Part shown: in pieces, positions 24,272 through 38,628 of the stretch | Numbering within the stretch: position 1 is the stretch's first letter | Layout: every line of letters starts with the position of its first letter | Source: Octopus bimaculoides | Lineage: Eukaryota | Direction of reading: 5' to 3' | Assembly: GCF_001194135.2 (NCBI RefSeq) | Contig: NC_068984.1 | Coordinates: 104,464,091 to 104,528,090 of the forward strand | Length of the DNA: 64,000 bases | Translations under genes and position numbers: made by a program | Notes under the pieces: model-generated | The model's input: only the letters and a program-made list of their open reading frames with translations | What the model was told of the DNA's origin: nothing | Databases searched by the model: none

Positions 24272-25999
24272 AATTAAAGGTAAACCACTTTTTACCCCAC
24301 CCATATATAACACAGCCTCTCATTTCATTGTAATCCAAAAGTATATTTTTGTTTTGCAGGCATTTTCCTCTGAATTCTTCAGTAGAATATAGCTGTTGTG
24401 GAAGAATTATCAAAAAGGATAAAAACAAAAGAAAAAAGAAACAATAACAATGAAAACAACATTTAAAGGATTTTAAAGCAAAATTACTTAAATGTGAACT
24501 CTGAAAATAAGTTTGGTCTTTGCTGACACGTCAAAACTGACAGCAACTTGATATCTTTTAAAGTGACTGATTAAAAGACTGAAAGCTGTAATAGTTGTCA
24601 GTCAGGAATAACATAAAATGCTAATGAGAATGTTGAAGAGAAACTAAAATTGTTGGAGGATTAATGAGAAAAATAAATAATCTATTTAATGACTTTACAT
24701 GAAGAAAAAGTGTATTAACTTAATTATTTCCTTCTGTGAGGATGGTTCATCCATTCCTCTTTATATTATCTAACTTATAAATGAATTGCTTTACTATAAT
24801 TGCTAGCAGACAATATTTCATCAATTTTAGAAGCTACTATATGACCTCTTAAAAGTTAACTTGCATGAAAGCTGTATGAGATTTCAATGCTAAGAATCTG
24901 ATGTAGCTGCTTGTGAAATTTTTGCAAGATAGTTTAGACAAAAGAAAAAAGATCTGTAAATTCTTTAGACACACAGCTGTTTTCCACAAATAAGTAAAAG
25001 TGATAAAGAGAATTTAATAATACTGAGAATAAAAATCTAAGCAGCTATAACCGGATCTTCTGTGTGAAAAGGTTGTTTATTAAAGAGATGCCACAAAAAA
25101 AAAACTTTGACAAGAATTATCGAGTGAAATAAAAGTGTTTCTAATGTGCACAATGAATAAACGTAGTACTTTTTAAAATAAATTTCAGTAACAAGACTCT
25201 ATAGCAGTAGAAGTAATAGTAATAATAATGGTTGCAAATTTTGGTACAAGGGTAGTGGTTTTGAGGATGGGGCTAAGTCAGTTACATTGATCCCAGTTTT
25301 CAACTGGTACTTATTTTATCGACTGCAAAAGAATTAAAAGCAAAGTTGACCTTGGTGGAATTTGAACTCAGAATGTAAAGACAGATAAAATGCTGCTAAG
25401 CATTTTGCCTGGTGAAGAAACAATTCTGCCAGCTTGCTGCCTTAACAGCAAAACAACAATAATAGTTTCTTTTGGCACAAGACCAGCAATTTCAGGGCAG
25501 GGAATAAATTGATTACATCGACCCTATTGCTCAAATGGTACTTATTTAATTGGAACCCCTCCCCCCCACCAAAACAAAAAAAAAAAGGAGGAAAGACAAA
25601 TTTGACCTCAGCAAAATTTGAACACAGAATGTAAAGATAGATGAAATGCCACTAAGCACTTTGCCTAACTTGCTAACAATAGATTCTTTCTTTATTGGCC
25701 ACAAGGGATGAATAAAAAAAAAAGAAAAGATGATACAAAACAAGGGATAGTAGGGGTTCACCAAAGACATATGTAAACAATAAAACAGTAACAACAATAA
25801 AATTATAAATGATGAAATTTCTCAATGGGTGGAAGTACCACCCAGGGGTGCCTAAGGAATCCCACAGATCCCTGCTCACTAGATGCACCATGATAAGTAC
25901 TTCTCTCTCCTCTGTAAATTCCAGCCTACAAGCATATGCTAAGAGTATGGCCATTTATTCAGATCCTTCTTACTACAATAACTCTCCTTTTAACAAATT

Positions 26000-28900
26000 T
26001 ACCAGAAAATAGCACCTCCCTCTTCACTTTCACTTTCCTTTCCAAGTGAAACCTGAAAAAGTTGATGTGGGCATGACCGAAAAGGAAAATGCCTATCTTC
26101 AGCCCTTTCAGTCATATCCACCATACAATGTCTTTTGCCATAGTCACCAGACAGAGGAAAACTGCCTGCTCTTTCTGGCCAAAGGAAGGCAGTACAGTGA
26201 TCTTCATGCTGGAGTTGGCTGATAGCTAGATCCATCCTATACACAACAACTGGTGCCCAACATAACACTGCAAGTCAGCAATGCATGAGCATTGTATGAG
26301 TGTATTCAGAACAGTTTTGTCATACTATGAGCATTTTGGACAGGTGAGGCTGAAGGTACTACCATATCTGTCGAGTTTATCTTGAACCAGCAATGCCCTA
26401 CCAGTGATATTACCAGCCCAAAGATTTCTGGAACTTAGTTATCTATGAGCCTTAACTTGAAAGTCCTTCAGTAACAAAAACAAAAATCAGCCTGGTAATT
26501 TCTATTGATGCCCAAAGCTTCCTTGAGAATGTTGTGGCTCTTGTCACTAATCCTATGTTGAATGCCAATGACCACAGTACCCAGCTAGCAAGATCAAGCA
26601 TTCACAACTAGAGGGCTGTGAACACCTGTGGTACTCAAGGTGCCAGATGCCCTACTCTGGTCTACATTTGATCCAGGGATGCAGCCCAGTCAAAGAGACA
26701 AGCTACAGAAGAGCTCATCTAACAAATGATGGTCACACCTGTTCTTCATCAAGGAAACACCAGAGAGGTTGCAGCCTCAGTGCACACCTTCACATCATTA
26801 GCCACAGCATGCTCAGTTCTCCACTCAGTGAATGTTGTCAGCAAATGAACTGTCTGACCAACAGAACACTTCCCTACTACAGAAAGCAGAAAAGTAGGCA
26901 CTCCAATCTGGTCAGCTGTAAAGTGGGACAGGCTACAACAGTGAGGTGATAATGGATGCAATGTAAGCATTCACAAACAACTCCACCTGGCATTCAGGAA
27001 TAGTTTCCTATCAGCCCATTTCTGAGTGGGACTAGCCACCCCGCTCATCACCTCTTCCCAGTTCTTGTTCACCTGGAGGTCTGGAACAAATTAACCTCCA
27101 AGCAATTTAACTGGTCCATTTGTCCAGTACCCCACGATGCTGTTGGACAGCATGCACTTGCTTCTCCAGGCATTTACCAAGATTTCATAGTTAATTTTTG
27201 CTCCTGTCACTGCTAGCTCAGAGTAATGCCAATCACCTTGATGTGTTTTGTGTCTGATACTATTACAGTGACTATTATGCATATGCAAACATGGATTTTC
27301 TCCATGCTAGTTCTTGTGGCATGCCCTTCAAAACCTCCAACTTCTGCAGTAGTGGTTTTAGAGTCAGTATGTACAGAAGTGGAGAGAGAGAAAATACTTG
27401 ATGGTCAAACATGTTACTAAATGGTTTCAACAAGTGGCCATTTACTTTGACCACTGAACAAATATCACTCTACATTGCAGAGATCCAGCTTCTGGAGATG
27501 GGCCTGAAATCATCTGCTTTGAGGACAGCTGCCAAATATAGATGGCTGTTATTGGTTTGTTACAGAGCCCCACATTTCCAACTGAGAGCCATGGCAGGCC
27601 ATCAGGGTAGGTGGTAAAGTCCAGCTTCCTATCTCCAGTCCATTATCTCCCCCATACAGCTAGAAAAGTGCCACTGGAAAGCCACACGCATCTGCTTCAA
27701 ATTGAATAGTATGTGCCCCTCCTGATCTATCAAGGGTCAAATTGTAGCTTTGTTACCATGCTGCATCTCTGCCACTCATTGAATGGATTTTGTTTTTTTA
27801 TACCTTAGAACATGCACCCTAGCTCTGACAACTCAACCTTTGTGCTTAGCATTGAAGAATCAGTGAAAAACACATCTTTCCACAAGCATGTCAGTAACAA
27901 TGCCTTTTCTAAGCACCTCTTCTGGGTTACTAATTCACCCACTGCTCTAGAATCCTTTATCACTATTTCCTTACTAAACTTTATTGATTCTAATCTAAAA
28001 GTCCTCTTCAAGGTTAACCATCACTGGTTGCTGATGATTGCCTCCATCAACTCCCTCTTAACTAGTTCTCTAATCTGGACTCTGTAAACATGCTCCGAAA
28101 AAGATGTGTTCAGTTACCTATAACTGGGTCCCTCCCTATCCAACCTATCTTACTCACTTGTACAGATCATGAATTTGTGATCTGTATAGCCAATAACTTT
28201 GTATTGTAGATAACCTACCTATGCTACCTCTATCTACTGGCCTACAATCTGGATGATGCAATGCTGTTGCCCATTTCCATATTGATACATTTGGGAAACC
28301 CAGTCAGCCAGTTGAAAATGACTGAGCAAGTTTGCAAGGCTTTTACATGACCCTTTCCTGTCAGCTAGTCTCACACAATCCAGACGTGCATCCAAGATGG
28401 CACTCCAATCACCCACTAACACTAAAGAGAAGGACATCTGTAGGAAAACTTCTAAACACTTGAGGAAATCTGACTGCCCCACCTCAATTGGGACATACAT
28501 AGCAACTAGTCTAAAGACACCACCTTCAGTACTGGTCCAATCCAGGACCACCAACTTACTGTCTAGGTTCAGGAAGATCAACCATATCTTGAGGTTGAAG
28601 GCCTTTCTGGAACAACACCACCATCCCAGATAAAATAAAAGATGCAAAGATCTCAAAGTCACCAAAAAGGGCGCCAAAGGTCATGTATCAGAAATTTTGG
28701 TCTCACTGATGGTTATCACATCCAAACCTAGCAAAATGAGGTCATTTAGCTGACAACCTTGTTTCCAGAGTGACTCTGGGCCACATACATTTATGCTACT
28801 CAGGTTATTTACCCATTTGGTGGTCCTGGAGAGATAGTGGCTCAATTTCCGTGGTATTTTGGGTTTCCTTTAGGAAGTCCTTTAAAGGTCTACTGCTGGT

Positions 28901-30810
28901 CCTTACATTTAGACTTCCTGTATCATTGGGGAAATCCTACCCTCAATATTTTACATATCTTCAAGACCAGTCATATTATTTCAAGTTATGTGGTACTTTG
29001 AAAGTGCTGGACCTCAAGACTTCAACCACTGTTTCTATTTTCTCCTTTTTGAACATCAGTTTGTTGTTTGTACTTCTTATTAGTATAAAGTTTGGGTAGG
29101 TGTGTTTTGCTAATGTTGTTGTGTTTGTGTTTCTGCCTGATGGTGCTGTTCCTCTGTGTGTTTTCTTTTTCTTGAGTTGGAGTTGTGGTTGTTGTTGTTA
29201 GTGATGGTGGTGGAGTTGCTTATGTGTATTTATGTGCTAGGTACGGGTATAGTTTCAGTGCACTGTTGTGGTTATGTAATGTATTTTTATTATTTTATTT
29301 TTTGGTTTTTGGCGTTACTAGGTTTCACCACCTCCTTGTAAGATGATATTTCCTTGTCAGAAAGATTTGATGCAGATTGGGGTCGAGGGGAAGGTATGTT
29401 TGTGTGTGCATGTGTGTGTGTGTGTGTGTGTGTTTGAAAGAGGGTGGGAAGGTGGGAGAGTAATGGGGAAGGTGTTGGGCTCATATTTTCCTGGTTGTGG
29501 CTCCTGACTTTGTTGTGTTGTTGTAGCTGTTGCTATTGTTCTTGGCATTGTTACTGTTCTTGGTGTTGTTGCTGCTATTCTCATTCCCATTACTGCTATT
29601 GCTGTTGTTGGGACTGTGGAATCACTTGTCTTTTGTTAAGAGCAGAAAACTACGAAGTGGCTTTCTACACCACATAAGTGATATTTTGACTTTCTGCCCA
29701 CAACTGCAACTTGCAGCTCCACTCCATTGGGCAGGTGGATTAGGTCTGGGATCTTTTCCACCTCTCGTTTGATCTGGAGGAGGATTCCTGTTGTGGTTCC
29801 AGACCAAAACACCCTTTCTGTTCATTTCACTTTGAGAGAGACAAACCAGCCACCACCAGATGTTAAACCCAAGTGGAACTCTTTCTATCTTAACATGACA
29901 GAGTCTTTTCCTTGAATTGGTTGGGTAGAAGGTGAAATCCCTGTCATGTATGGAAGCTATGGAGTGTTTCAATGTAAGTGCTTCACTCTTGAAGAAGACA
30001 TGGTTCCAAACTCTCTTACTTGTGGCACATGATCTACGTCTGTCCGTTTTTCTTTAAGGGCTCTTTTCACTTCGGCTTGTCTTACTGATTCAGAGTTAAG
30101 TTTTTAGCCAACACCCGACAGTAGGAGACCATTTGTTAGACAACTGCCTGTAAGTTGTCAGCTGGAATGGTAACTTGTGCCTTTCTTCCATTCAACTTCA
30201 CAAGTTGTTTCATTTCTGACAGATGTCATTCTTTACCACTCAACGAAAGTGCAAAAACCTGCTTTGATTTTGCTGTTATTCCAGTCGAAGATTGTCTGCT
30301 CTTGGATTTGCTTCAATCTCTTTTTGTGGTTTTCACTTTCCATATTGTTATTGCGATTGTTATTGATGTTGTTGCTGCTGCTGTTGTGATTGTTGTTGTT
30401 TTGTTATTGCTACTATTGCAGCTATAGTGGTTACTGTTGTTGTTGCTGCTACTATTGCAGCTATAGTGGTTACTGTTGTTGTTGCTGCTACTATTGCTCC
30501 TCCTCTTGCTGCTGCTGCTGTCATTGCTGCTTCACCTGCCACCACTGCTACTGTTGTTGTTACTGCTACACTTGTCATTTACTATTGTAGCAGTTGAACT
30601 TTGAATTGTGTTGGAAGGGTTTTCTCCTGCCCTTCCAAGAATAGAATGCTGTCTTCACCAGCATTGATGTTGTTTATTTTATTGCTATTAATGTTGTTGT
30701 TGCTATGGCTGCTATTGTTGCTGTTGTTGTTGAGCCTCTGCTCTCAAATGAAGCAGGTAGTGGTGTGAGGCCTTCCTGCTACCTCCTCATTTAAACAGCT
30801 TGTGGACATT
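26000..30810 (-). mobile_element. Tx1/L1-clade LINE, near full-length but heavily decayed
   Basis: APE endonuclease (CINVCG...DVITISETK ~28690-28797; FRLVAMYVP...LVLVGDWSAILD 28234-28677). RT (VKVNGHLLKPFS...SPLLYILTLKPLL...AYA** ~27250-27450). ORF1-like region ~28800-30100 with a low-complexity 5' part. Confidence 0.75.
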
Positions 30811-31499
30811 AACACCACCATAATTTCAAACAAAAAATAAAAAGAAACTGAACTATAACAATAGTTCTACCCTTTAGGGTACAGTATGACAGTCCTCTCT
30901 TTCATAGAGTGAAGCAGGAAGACTTAATTAACTACCAAACAAAAGTTTCCAAAAATGAACAACTTTTCCAAACAAAATTTAACAAATATCTGGAGCAAAG
31001 TAAACATGTCTGAACAAAGTGGTGATGATAACAATAATAATAATGATGGTGAAAATAATAATAATGATTTCAATGTACAAGTGTTTGAAGGAGAGGATTT
31101 AAAGAAAAAAAAAGTGAGAAAAACAAAAAAATGTGCGAAAAACATAAAACAACTTCACAAATAAAGGAACAAAGAAAACTGCATCTATTTGCGATGGATT
31201 CATGAATGTAATTCGAGCCCAAGTATGGATTTTGCAATGAAGTCATATTGGGGATACTGATGATTTTGAATTTGCCTGGGATTGGGCAAACGTGTCTGCT
31301 GATTGCAGGATATAATTTCTTTTATTGTTCTGTTTCTTCAACTCAAATTGGTTTGATGCATCATGACACATTTTATGCCATGCAGGTTAATCTAGGCAAT
31401 AACATTCTGAAGAAATCAAAGGAGGCTGTAGAGACTTTACTGATTACTTCAACTCATCCTTATACCTAAGGTCAGGTCTTCCTTTACCATGGTATCCCT

Positions 31500-32010
31500 C
31501 TACTTGTTGGCCATACAAAAGAATTTTTGGAATGCAGTCATTTTTCCTTTTAACATGTCCTACCCATCTGCACTGAATTCTCAGTAGCATACTTTTGATA
31601 ATGGAGATATCACATTTTCCTAAGATTTTGACATGTGATATCTTGCCATTTTATGTTACGGATATTGCATAGATAGCACATGTGAAAGCTTTCAAGTTTT
31701 TTTTATATACCTGTAGTAGGAAGTCTATGCTTCTGCCCCATACAAAAGTGTGCTCAAAATACAAAATTTGTATACACTTATTTTAGTTTTCAGAATGACA
31801 TGTTGATCCCACAAACGATGGGAATGTTTTCCAAAAGCACTAGTAGCCTTAGATATTCTGACATTATGTGAATCACTGAGTGAAATGCACCTGACCTTAG
31901 ACATACTGGATGCGGAAGTACATATGTCAGGCTTTGTTCTACTCAGAACTGACTACAGAATATGGAAACGAGGAGAAATAGCAATCTTTATCCAAGAAGT
32001 CGGCATACCT
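31500..32010 (+). mobile_element. LINE (CR1/L2-like) endonuclease N-terminal remnant
   Basis: LDILTLCESL...DAEVHMSGFVLLRTDYR...GEIAIFIQE at ~31845-32000 resembles the first APE motifs. Confidence 0.45.
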
Positions 32011-32039
32011 GCAGCTGCATGTGGCTGAGAAACTGTGGA

Positions 32040-34512
32040 AATATCAGCTGGTAAGGTATAAGGAACGGACATACTGACTGACCAGGTTGAGATTCAGGCT
32101 GAATTCAGCACCGAAGATTATGGCAACAATTCTCAAAAGCATCCTGGGAAAGGCTGACAAAGTGAAAAGCGCCACAACTTCCTATATTAACAACATCCTG
32201 GTGGATGAGAGCATAGTGTTGGCAAAGGAGTCATAAGCCACTTGAAGAGTTTTGGGCTAACTGCTAAACCGCTGGAGGCAATGGAAAGAGGAGCTGCACT
32301 GGGACTCAAGCTACAGAGAGATAAGGCCAGTGCATTGGTGTTTTGGAAAGGGAATGAGATCCCAGAACTGGGCTCCAAGACAAGTAGGTGAGAACTGTTT
32401 TCTGTGTGTGGGAAGCTGCTGGGACACTACCCGATTGCAGGATGGCTCCGGATGGCATGCAGCTTCATTAAGAGGCGAGCTGAAGGAGTGAGGTGGAGTG
32501 ACAATGTGGGCAAGAAGACAACTGCCATGATGCAAGAAGTCTTGGAGAGAGTGACTGCGGAGGACCCAGTAAAAGGAAACTGGTATGTGCCCAAACTGAA
32601 GAATGGGATCATGTGGTGTGATGCCAGCAGCATAGCAATGGGAATTGTCCTGGAAATTGGAGGTGTTGTGGTGGAGGATGTGGCCTGGCTCAGGAAGAAG
32701 GATGAGTGCAACCACATCAATGTGGTGGAGCTGGATGCCATGTTGAAGGGACTGAACCTGGCCCTGAGGTGGGGGCTGTGTACCATCGAGATCCGGACTG
32801 ATTCAGCCACTGTACTTAGAGGGGTGGGATCAGTGGTCACTGGCGAGCAGAAGGTGCAAACCAAAGAGGGCGCAAAGATGCTAATAAAACTCCGTTTGGG
32901 AATTCTGGGCGAGCTAGCTGCTGAGTTTGACCTGAGGCTGAGTGTGGTTTTTGTGCTCTCTGAGAGGAATAAAGTGGACGTCCTGACCAGAGTAAAGAAA
33001 GCCTGGTTGCAGGTGCCAGAAGATCTGGAGCAAGGAGTGGCTGCAGTGTGTTGACTGAGTGACTCGGAGCTGAGAAGATTACATACCATGCATCACATGG
33101 GGGTGGACAGGACCCTGTTCCTAGCCAGGAAAGTTGACTCTGATATGACCAGGCAGAGTGTGCAAAGAGTAGTTGGGAGCTGCAACAAGTGCCAGTCCAT
33201 TGACCCTGCTCCAGGTGTGCATGAGGCAGGAAGCATTCCAGTGGANNNNNNNNNNGTCCATTGACCCTGCTCCAGGTGTGCATGAGGCAGGAAGCATTCC
33301 AGTGGAACACAACTGGAAATGACTGGCAGTGGACATGACGCACTACCGGCAGGGGACATACCTCTTGATGGTTGACTGCAGACTGGGGTGGTTGGCCATA
33401 TGGAGGGAGATGAAGACGAGGACCACGGAGGAAATCACAAGAATATTAAATGAGATATTCCTAGAATGAGGCCTCATGTAGGAGCTACTTGTGGGCAATG
33501 GCACTGCATTTCGCTTGAAAGTGCTGGGGGAAATTCTCAGCAAATGGCATGTTTGCTGTTTCTTTAGGGCAGCATACTGGCCAAGTGGCAATGGGGTTGT
33601 GGAGACGCATCATCGCAGGGGACACATCTCACCCGTTTGAGGCTGTTTTTTGACCAGGTTGAGACAGGCTGAGGAGTCAGTGCCACACAAGGCAATATTC
33701 AAGTATGAGTGGAGACATCCACATACCACATTGCTGTAACCTGCAGAAGAGAAAGAGCATGCCTTTGTACAGGTTGGGGAAGAAGTCTAGGTTAACCCAC
33801 CAAATGCATGGTGCACATCACAATGGAGAAAGGGGGACAATAACCTTTGTAAATTTGAGGAACAATGTGTCTACAGATGGCATGCCACATCATGTTTTGG
33901 ATGTGCACAGGATCATCACTGTGATGGAGCATGGAGCTATCAGTAATGGATAAGAGGATAAAGCCGGCAGCAACATGCCAGGAACTGAGGCCAGTCCTGA
34001 AGTCCCACGGTGGTTGCAGATGGAGCAGTGCTCTCCTCACTGGTTGGCTGATTATGCGATAAGTTAAGGCATGTGGTCAGGGTTGAGGAGAGGGTGTGGG
34101 CAGGTTGGTTGAATGATCTTCAGATTAGGGTGTGTGTGGTGTTATGGGCCAGGCTGTGTTGTAGGGAAGGACCAGAAGTGAGGGAGTATGCATGTCCTGT
34201 TGGAAGTGGGGCCTCTGGGTCCCACCAGAAGGGCTGTAGTGGGTATGCAGGGTCAGCGAGGCACAAGCAGCCAGTTGGCGGTGGACAGTGCATGCGAGCA
34301 GATGCGTTAGATGGTGTGGTGGCAGATGGAGCACATGGATGTTGTGAATGAACCTTCCAGATCGAGACAGAACATGTGGACTTGGTGAGCGATCCTTTCC
34401 ATACCGACAGGTAAGATTACAGCAATTCTCTCTTTGCTTCCGTTTTTTTCCTCCTTCACATCACATTAAACAGATTGGTTAATGACAGATAGTAAAGAGC
34501 AGAACTAAAACA
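32040..34512 (+). mobile_element. Gypsy LTR retrotransposon remnant (RT end, RNase H, integrase, PPT, 3' LTR)
   Basis: LTRLRFRLNSAPKIM...SYINNILV (RT); WCDASS...ELDAMLKGLNLALRWG...IRTDS...NKVDVLTR (RNase H, ORF 32404-33054); HHMGVDRT...C..C and integrase core 33080-33700. Purine tract gaggagaggg at 34085-34094 is followed by TGT...CA (LTR ~34095-34512). No 5' LTR seen. Confidence 0.85.
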
Positions 34513-34853
34513 CAGTATTTAGCTTTGTCCCTCTTTCTTCTGACAAAATATCCTGTCAAGATTAACTTAAAGTTTTCTGTAATTTATAAAATCCTTTTCT
34601 TAACAAGTAAGTAAAGCTTTGTCTTAACATACTTTACAAGTTTCTTGAACATCTTTTATATGTTTATGTATCAACAGCCTAAACAATAACAAGACCAGCA
34701 ACACTGCTAACAATGACATCAATATCAATAACATACAAGGTTTTGTAGCAAATACAGAAAATATAAGAATCTGAGTTGCTGATGGCAGTAACATTTGAGA
34801 GGGTAAATAGGGTTTGCAAGAATTACAAAAAAATAATAAATAAATGCTCTTGC

Positions 34854-34970
34854 CTGTAAACTGCTGGTGATATCATCCAGTAGATTGCTCCCCTGAGACC
34901 CCTCTGAAGAATTTAGTCTTAAAGCTGATGGAGAGTGTGTTGTTGGTGTAAAACTCATATAACTTTCATA
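34854..34970 (-). CDS. Candidate coding exon (YESYMSFTPTTHSPSALRLNSSEGSQGSNLLDDITSSLQ), GC donor
   Basis: Acceptor ttcatttcacag|TAT, donor CAG|GCAAGA, 117 nt, phase 0-0, open frame. Phase-compatible with both 39867-39941 and the 10969 acceptor. Confidence 0.5.
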
Positions 34971-36878
34971 CTGTGAAATGAACCATGAAATGAGAAAGAA
35001 TAAACATTAAATGTTAAAATTAGTTAAAAGTTATCTTGTTGAACAAACTGAAGCTTCAGACTTTCTTATAATAAAGTTTATAAAGTTACAAGAGCAATGG
35101 AAACATTAATAGACATATATACACAGAGTTAAGTTTTATAATGATTCATTTGTACATCTTCAAGTATGTGTACATGTGTATGTGCATATGTATGTGTGGT
35201 GAATGTGTGAAATGTATATGGTATTATTTGTCTTAGTCAGAAAAAGATGCTTAAACTTTTGTTTTAAATATAGTAACATATGTATAGTGATAACAATAAG
35301 GAAATGGAAAACAGTTTAAACATCAGGGAAAATATATAAAGCCAGTTTTTACATTAGTCTATAATAGTTTGACAACAAACATATGTAAGCAGAAATTCAT
35401 TGAGATTATTTAACATTTTATAACAATAAACATATGGATAGGTAGATCCTTTTATACATAAAAGTAATAACAAAAGAATCCACTTCTTCAATTTTCAATG
35501 TTGAAGCACTACTGTTGAAAGTTCATCATACCTGCAGTTGATACATCCAATAAAATTTGAAAACAAAATATTATTGACTTAATATTTGAGCAGTAAGCTG
35601 AAAAATAAATACAATATCTTTGAAATGATTTTTAAAATATCCAATATCCTAATATACTGGAATATTATAAAATGCACAAAATAGTTTGTCAAGAACAAAA
35701 AAAAAAAAAAAAAATTGCTTTGACCTCAGAAAAGGTTAAGTTCTATTAGTAAGATAACAGCAAGTACATCTTCTTTCTCCAATCCTGCATCAATGATCGT
35801 CCAATGAAAACAATACATATTTAACAGAGAACATTGTCCACACGTTACTGACTCTTATATGACCTCTAGTATTTTCAGATTTCTATTTTCAGCCAGATGA
35901 GATATAGGTTTCTTTCTTAATCTCGATTTCAACTGCCTACAAGTGGTAGCCATACTCTCTCTCTCTCTCCCTCTCTCTCTCCAGAGTATTGATTTCTTCC
36001 TCATTTCAATATAATTATCTCTTAATTCTGCATAAGGATGTAGTTAACAAAGTGAAATTTTAAGGTTTTCCCATTTATTTACAAGCTAGAAAGCTTGTTT
36101 GCAAGTAATCTAGGAAAAGCAGCCACTTGTAAAGAATTAACCAGTGACTAAGGAAATTTAATTTTAAGAGAAGATAATATGCCAGATACTCTGGAATAAT
36201 AAGATCAGGTTCACTTGTAGTTTGAGGCTAAATTTTAACTTTGATTAATACTCTTTGTTCAATCAGAATCTTCAATTATTTTAAACCATTCCATGACTGT
36301 ATTCTGTAGCAACCTACAGTTGTTTTGGTTATTTTAACTGCTCTATATCCGTATTCTCTCGTAATTGGCAGTTTTTTTTTTTTTTTAATACACAAAGCTA
36401 GTTTTTTTTCTCTCCAGGTAACTAAACTTTGAAAATATCTTCTTTCACACTCTTTCTAAATGTAGATTAAATAAATATCTTAAATTTGTCTTTGAGCACC
36501 AATCATCTCTTTGCAAGATTCTTTTTGTGATAAAAATCATTAATAATTCATTACTTGTTATTAGGCATGCTCCACCTTTTTTCTGATGTTTTTTTTTTCT
36601 ACTTTATATAATTTATCCAAGTTAATAAAGATGCTATGATTTGTGGTGGAATAATGTTTTCATAACTGGATGCTCTTCTTGTTGCAAACAACTCAAACAT
36701 AACATAGGTGTGAAGTCTTTTGTTTTGCAAGTTAGGCAAACTGAAGGAAGCAGAACTACAATGGTAATTGTTAAAATTTGTAAGTATAACCATATGATAA
36801 GCAGTCACAACAATCATTTAATTTTATAGCTATTGTGCCTTTGCACAATAATATATATAAAATAATATATATATATAT

Positions 36879-38145
36879 ATGATCATCCCATAAGTTCTGT
36901 CCGATTTTACCTTTAATTTACAATTGAATGAAATTTAATAGTATTTTAGAATGTCTAATGGAATTAAAAAAATATTTTTATGCATTTGCATACATTTAAA
37001 CTAATTAAATATTATTTTACAGAATAATAGAATTAAAATTTCTTTGATTAAAACCCTTTCTAACATGGAAGTATTCAAAGAGCATTTGAGGCAAATAATG
37101 CTTTATGAGTACAAAAAGGAAACTCTGCAGCTGAAGCGATTTGAAACATACACTCAGTTTATGGGAAAGAATGCTTGAAGGAAAGAACTTGCAGAAGATG
37201 GCTTGCAAAATTCAGAAGTGGAGATTTCAGCCTTGAAGATGTAGATCGAACAGGACGTCCAGTTGAGTTTGATGATAAGCTCCTTGAGGTATTACTTGAA
37301 GAAAATCCTGCATTATNNNNNNNNNNNNNNNNNNNNNNNNNNNNNNNNNNNNNNNNNNNNNNNNNNNNNNNNNNNNNNNNNNNNNNNNNNNNNNNNNNNN
37401 NNNNNNNNNNNNNNNNNNNNNNNNNNNNNNNNNNNNNNNNNNNNNNNNNNNNNNNNNNNNNNNNNNNNNNNNNNNNNNNNNNNNNNNNNNNNNNNNNNNN
37501 NNNNNNNNNNNNNNNNNNNNNNNNNNNNNNNNNNNNNNNNNNNNNNNNNNNNNNNNNNNNNNNNNNNNNNNNNNNNNNNNNNNNNNNNNNNNNNNNNNNN
37601 NNNNNNNNNNNNNNNNNNNNNNNNNNNNNNNNNNNNNNNNNNNNNNNNNNNNNNNNNNNNNNNNNNNNNNNNNNNNNNNNNNNNNNNNNNNNNNNNNNNN
37701 NNNNNNNNNNNNNNNNNNNNNNNNNNNNNNNNNNNNNNNNNNNNNNNNNNNNNNNNNNNNNNNNNNNNNNNNNNNNNNNNNNNNNNNNNNNNNNNNATCA
37801 CATCACAGAAGATTGAAGAGCTTGGTTGGGAAAAAATTCCTCATCCACCTTAATCTCCCAAATTTGCTGCTCCTTCAGATTACCATTTGTTTCGTAGTTT
37901 ACAGAATCATTTGGGGGACATAACTTTCACAAGCCAGGAGAAGGTTGAAACTGACATTTCAGAGTTCTTCGCTTTGAAACCAAAAGAGTTTTACATTGAT
38001 GGAATTAAAAAGCTTGTAAATAGATGGAAGGAAGTCATAGATAATCAGGGAAAGTATATTGATGATTAAATTTCAATTAAATATAACATTTCATCACTTG
38101 TTTTCTTTATTCAAAATTCGGACAGAACTTATGGAATGACCTGAT
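36879..38145 (+). mobile_element. Mariner transposon (defective, gap inside)
   Basis: TIRs tcatcccataagttctgtccgatttt and aaaattcggacagaacttatggaatgacctga in TA-rich flanks. Transposase pieces ERTCRRWLAKFRSGDFSLEDVDRTGRP and WEKIPHPP*SP..APSDYHLFRSLQNHL...GKYIDD. Confidence 0.9.
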
Positions 38146-38371
38146 AAATATATATATATATAAATGTAAGATCCAGGGGTCAAGGTGTAGGAAGAAAGTT
38201 AGCTTCAAACAATCTGTAGTAAATATATAAAAACAACTTTCAGGGACAATAGTGGTTTATTGAGATGGAAGGTTATGAATATTTTTCATATTGAAGTACG
38301 TTAAACTGAAAAAAGTTCTTTTTATATTCCACAGTTGGCGACCAGGGTTGCTGGGCATGCAGGAGTTACAG

Positions 38372-38628
38372 GAGTTACAGAATGGAGTAGATAAGATCTG
38401 GGCTACATATGTTTCATAGTCAGCGGAATCTCAGAAGTGGTAAGTATCCAGGCAAACTGCATTAACATGTACCTCTTTGTGGCAATGTAAACTTTCATTT
38501 AATCAAGATATCCTTGGCCTGAAGAGTAGCCTATGGTATACACCTCACCTGGATATTTACTACTTCTGAGGACCTACTCGCTATGAAACATATGTAGCCT
38601 GGATCATATCTACTTCATTCCATAACTC
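38372..38628. repeat. Inverted repeat, ~80-bp arms, ~95-bp spacer
   Basis: 38372-38452 versus 38548-38628 (gatctgggctacatatgtttcatag... / ...ctatgaaacatatgtagcctggatc). Confidence 0.85.

Noticed and set aside
33186-33306. 51-bp direct duplication in the Gypsy integrase
   Set aside because: It flanks a 10-N gap, so it is most likely overlapping contig ends.
34625-34794. Signal-anchor-like ORF MLLILMSLLAVLLVLLLFR on the minus strand
   Set aside because: Derived from degenerate AAC/AAT repeats; no supporting exons.
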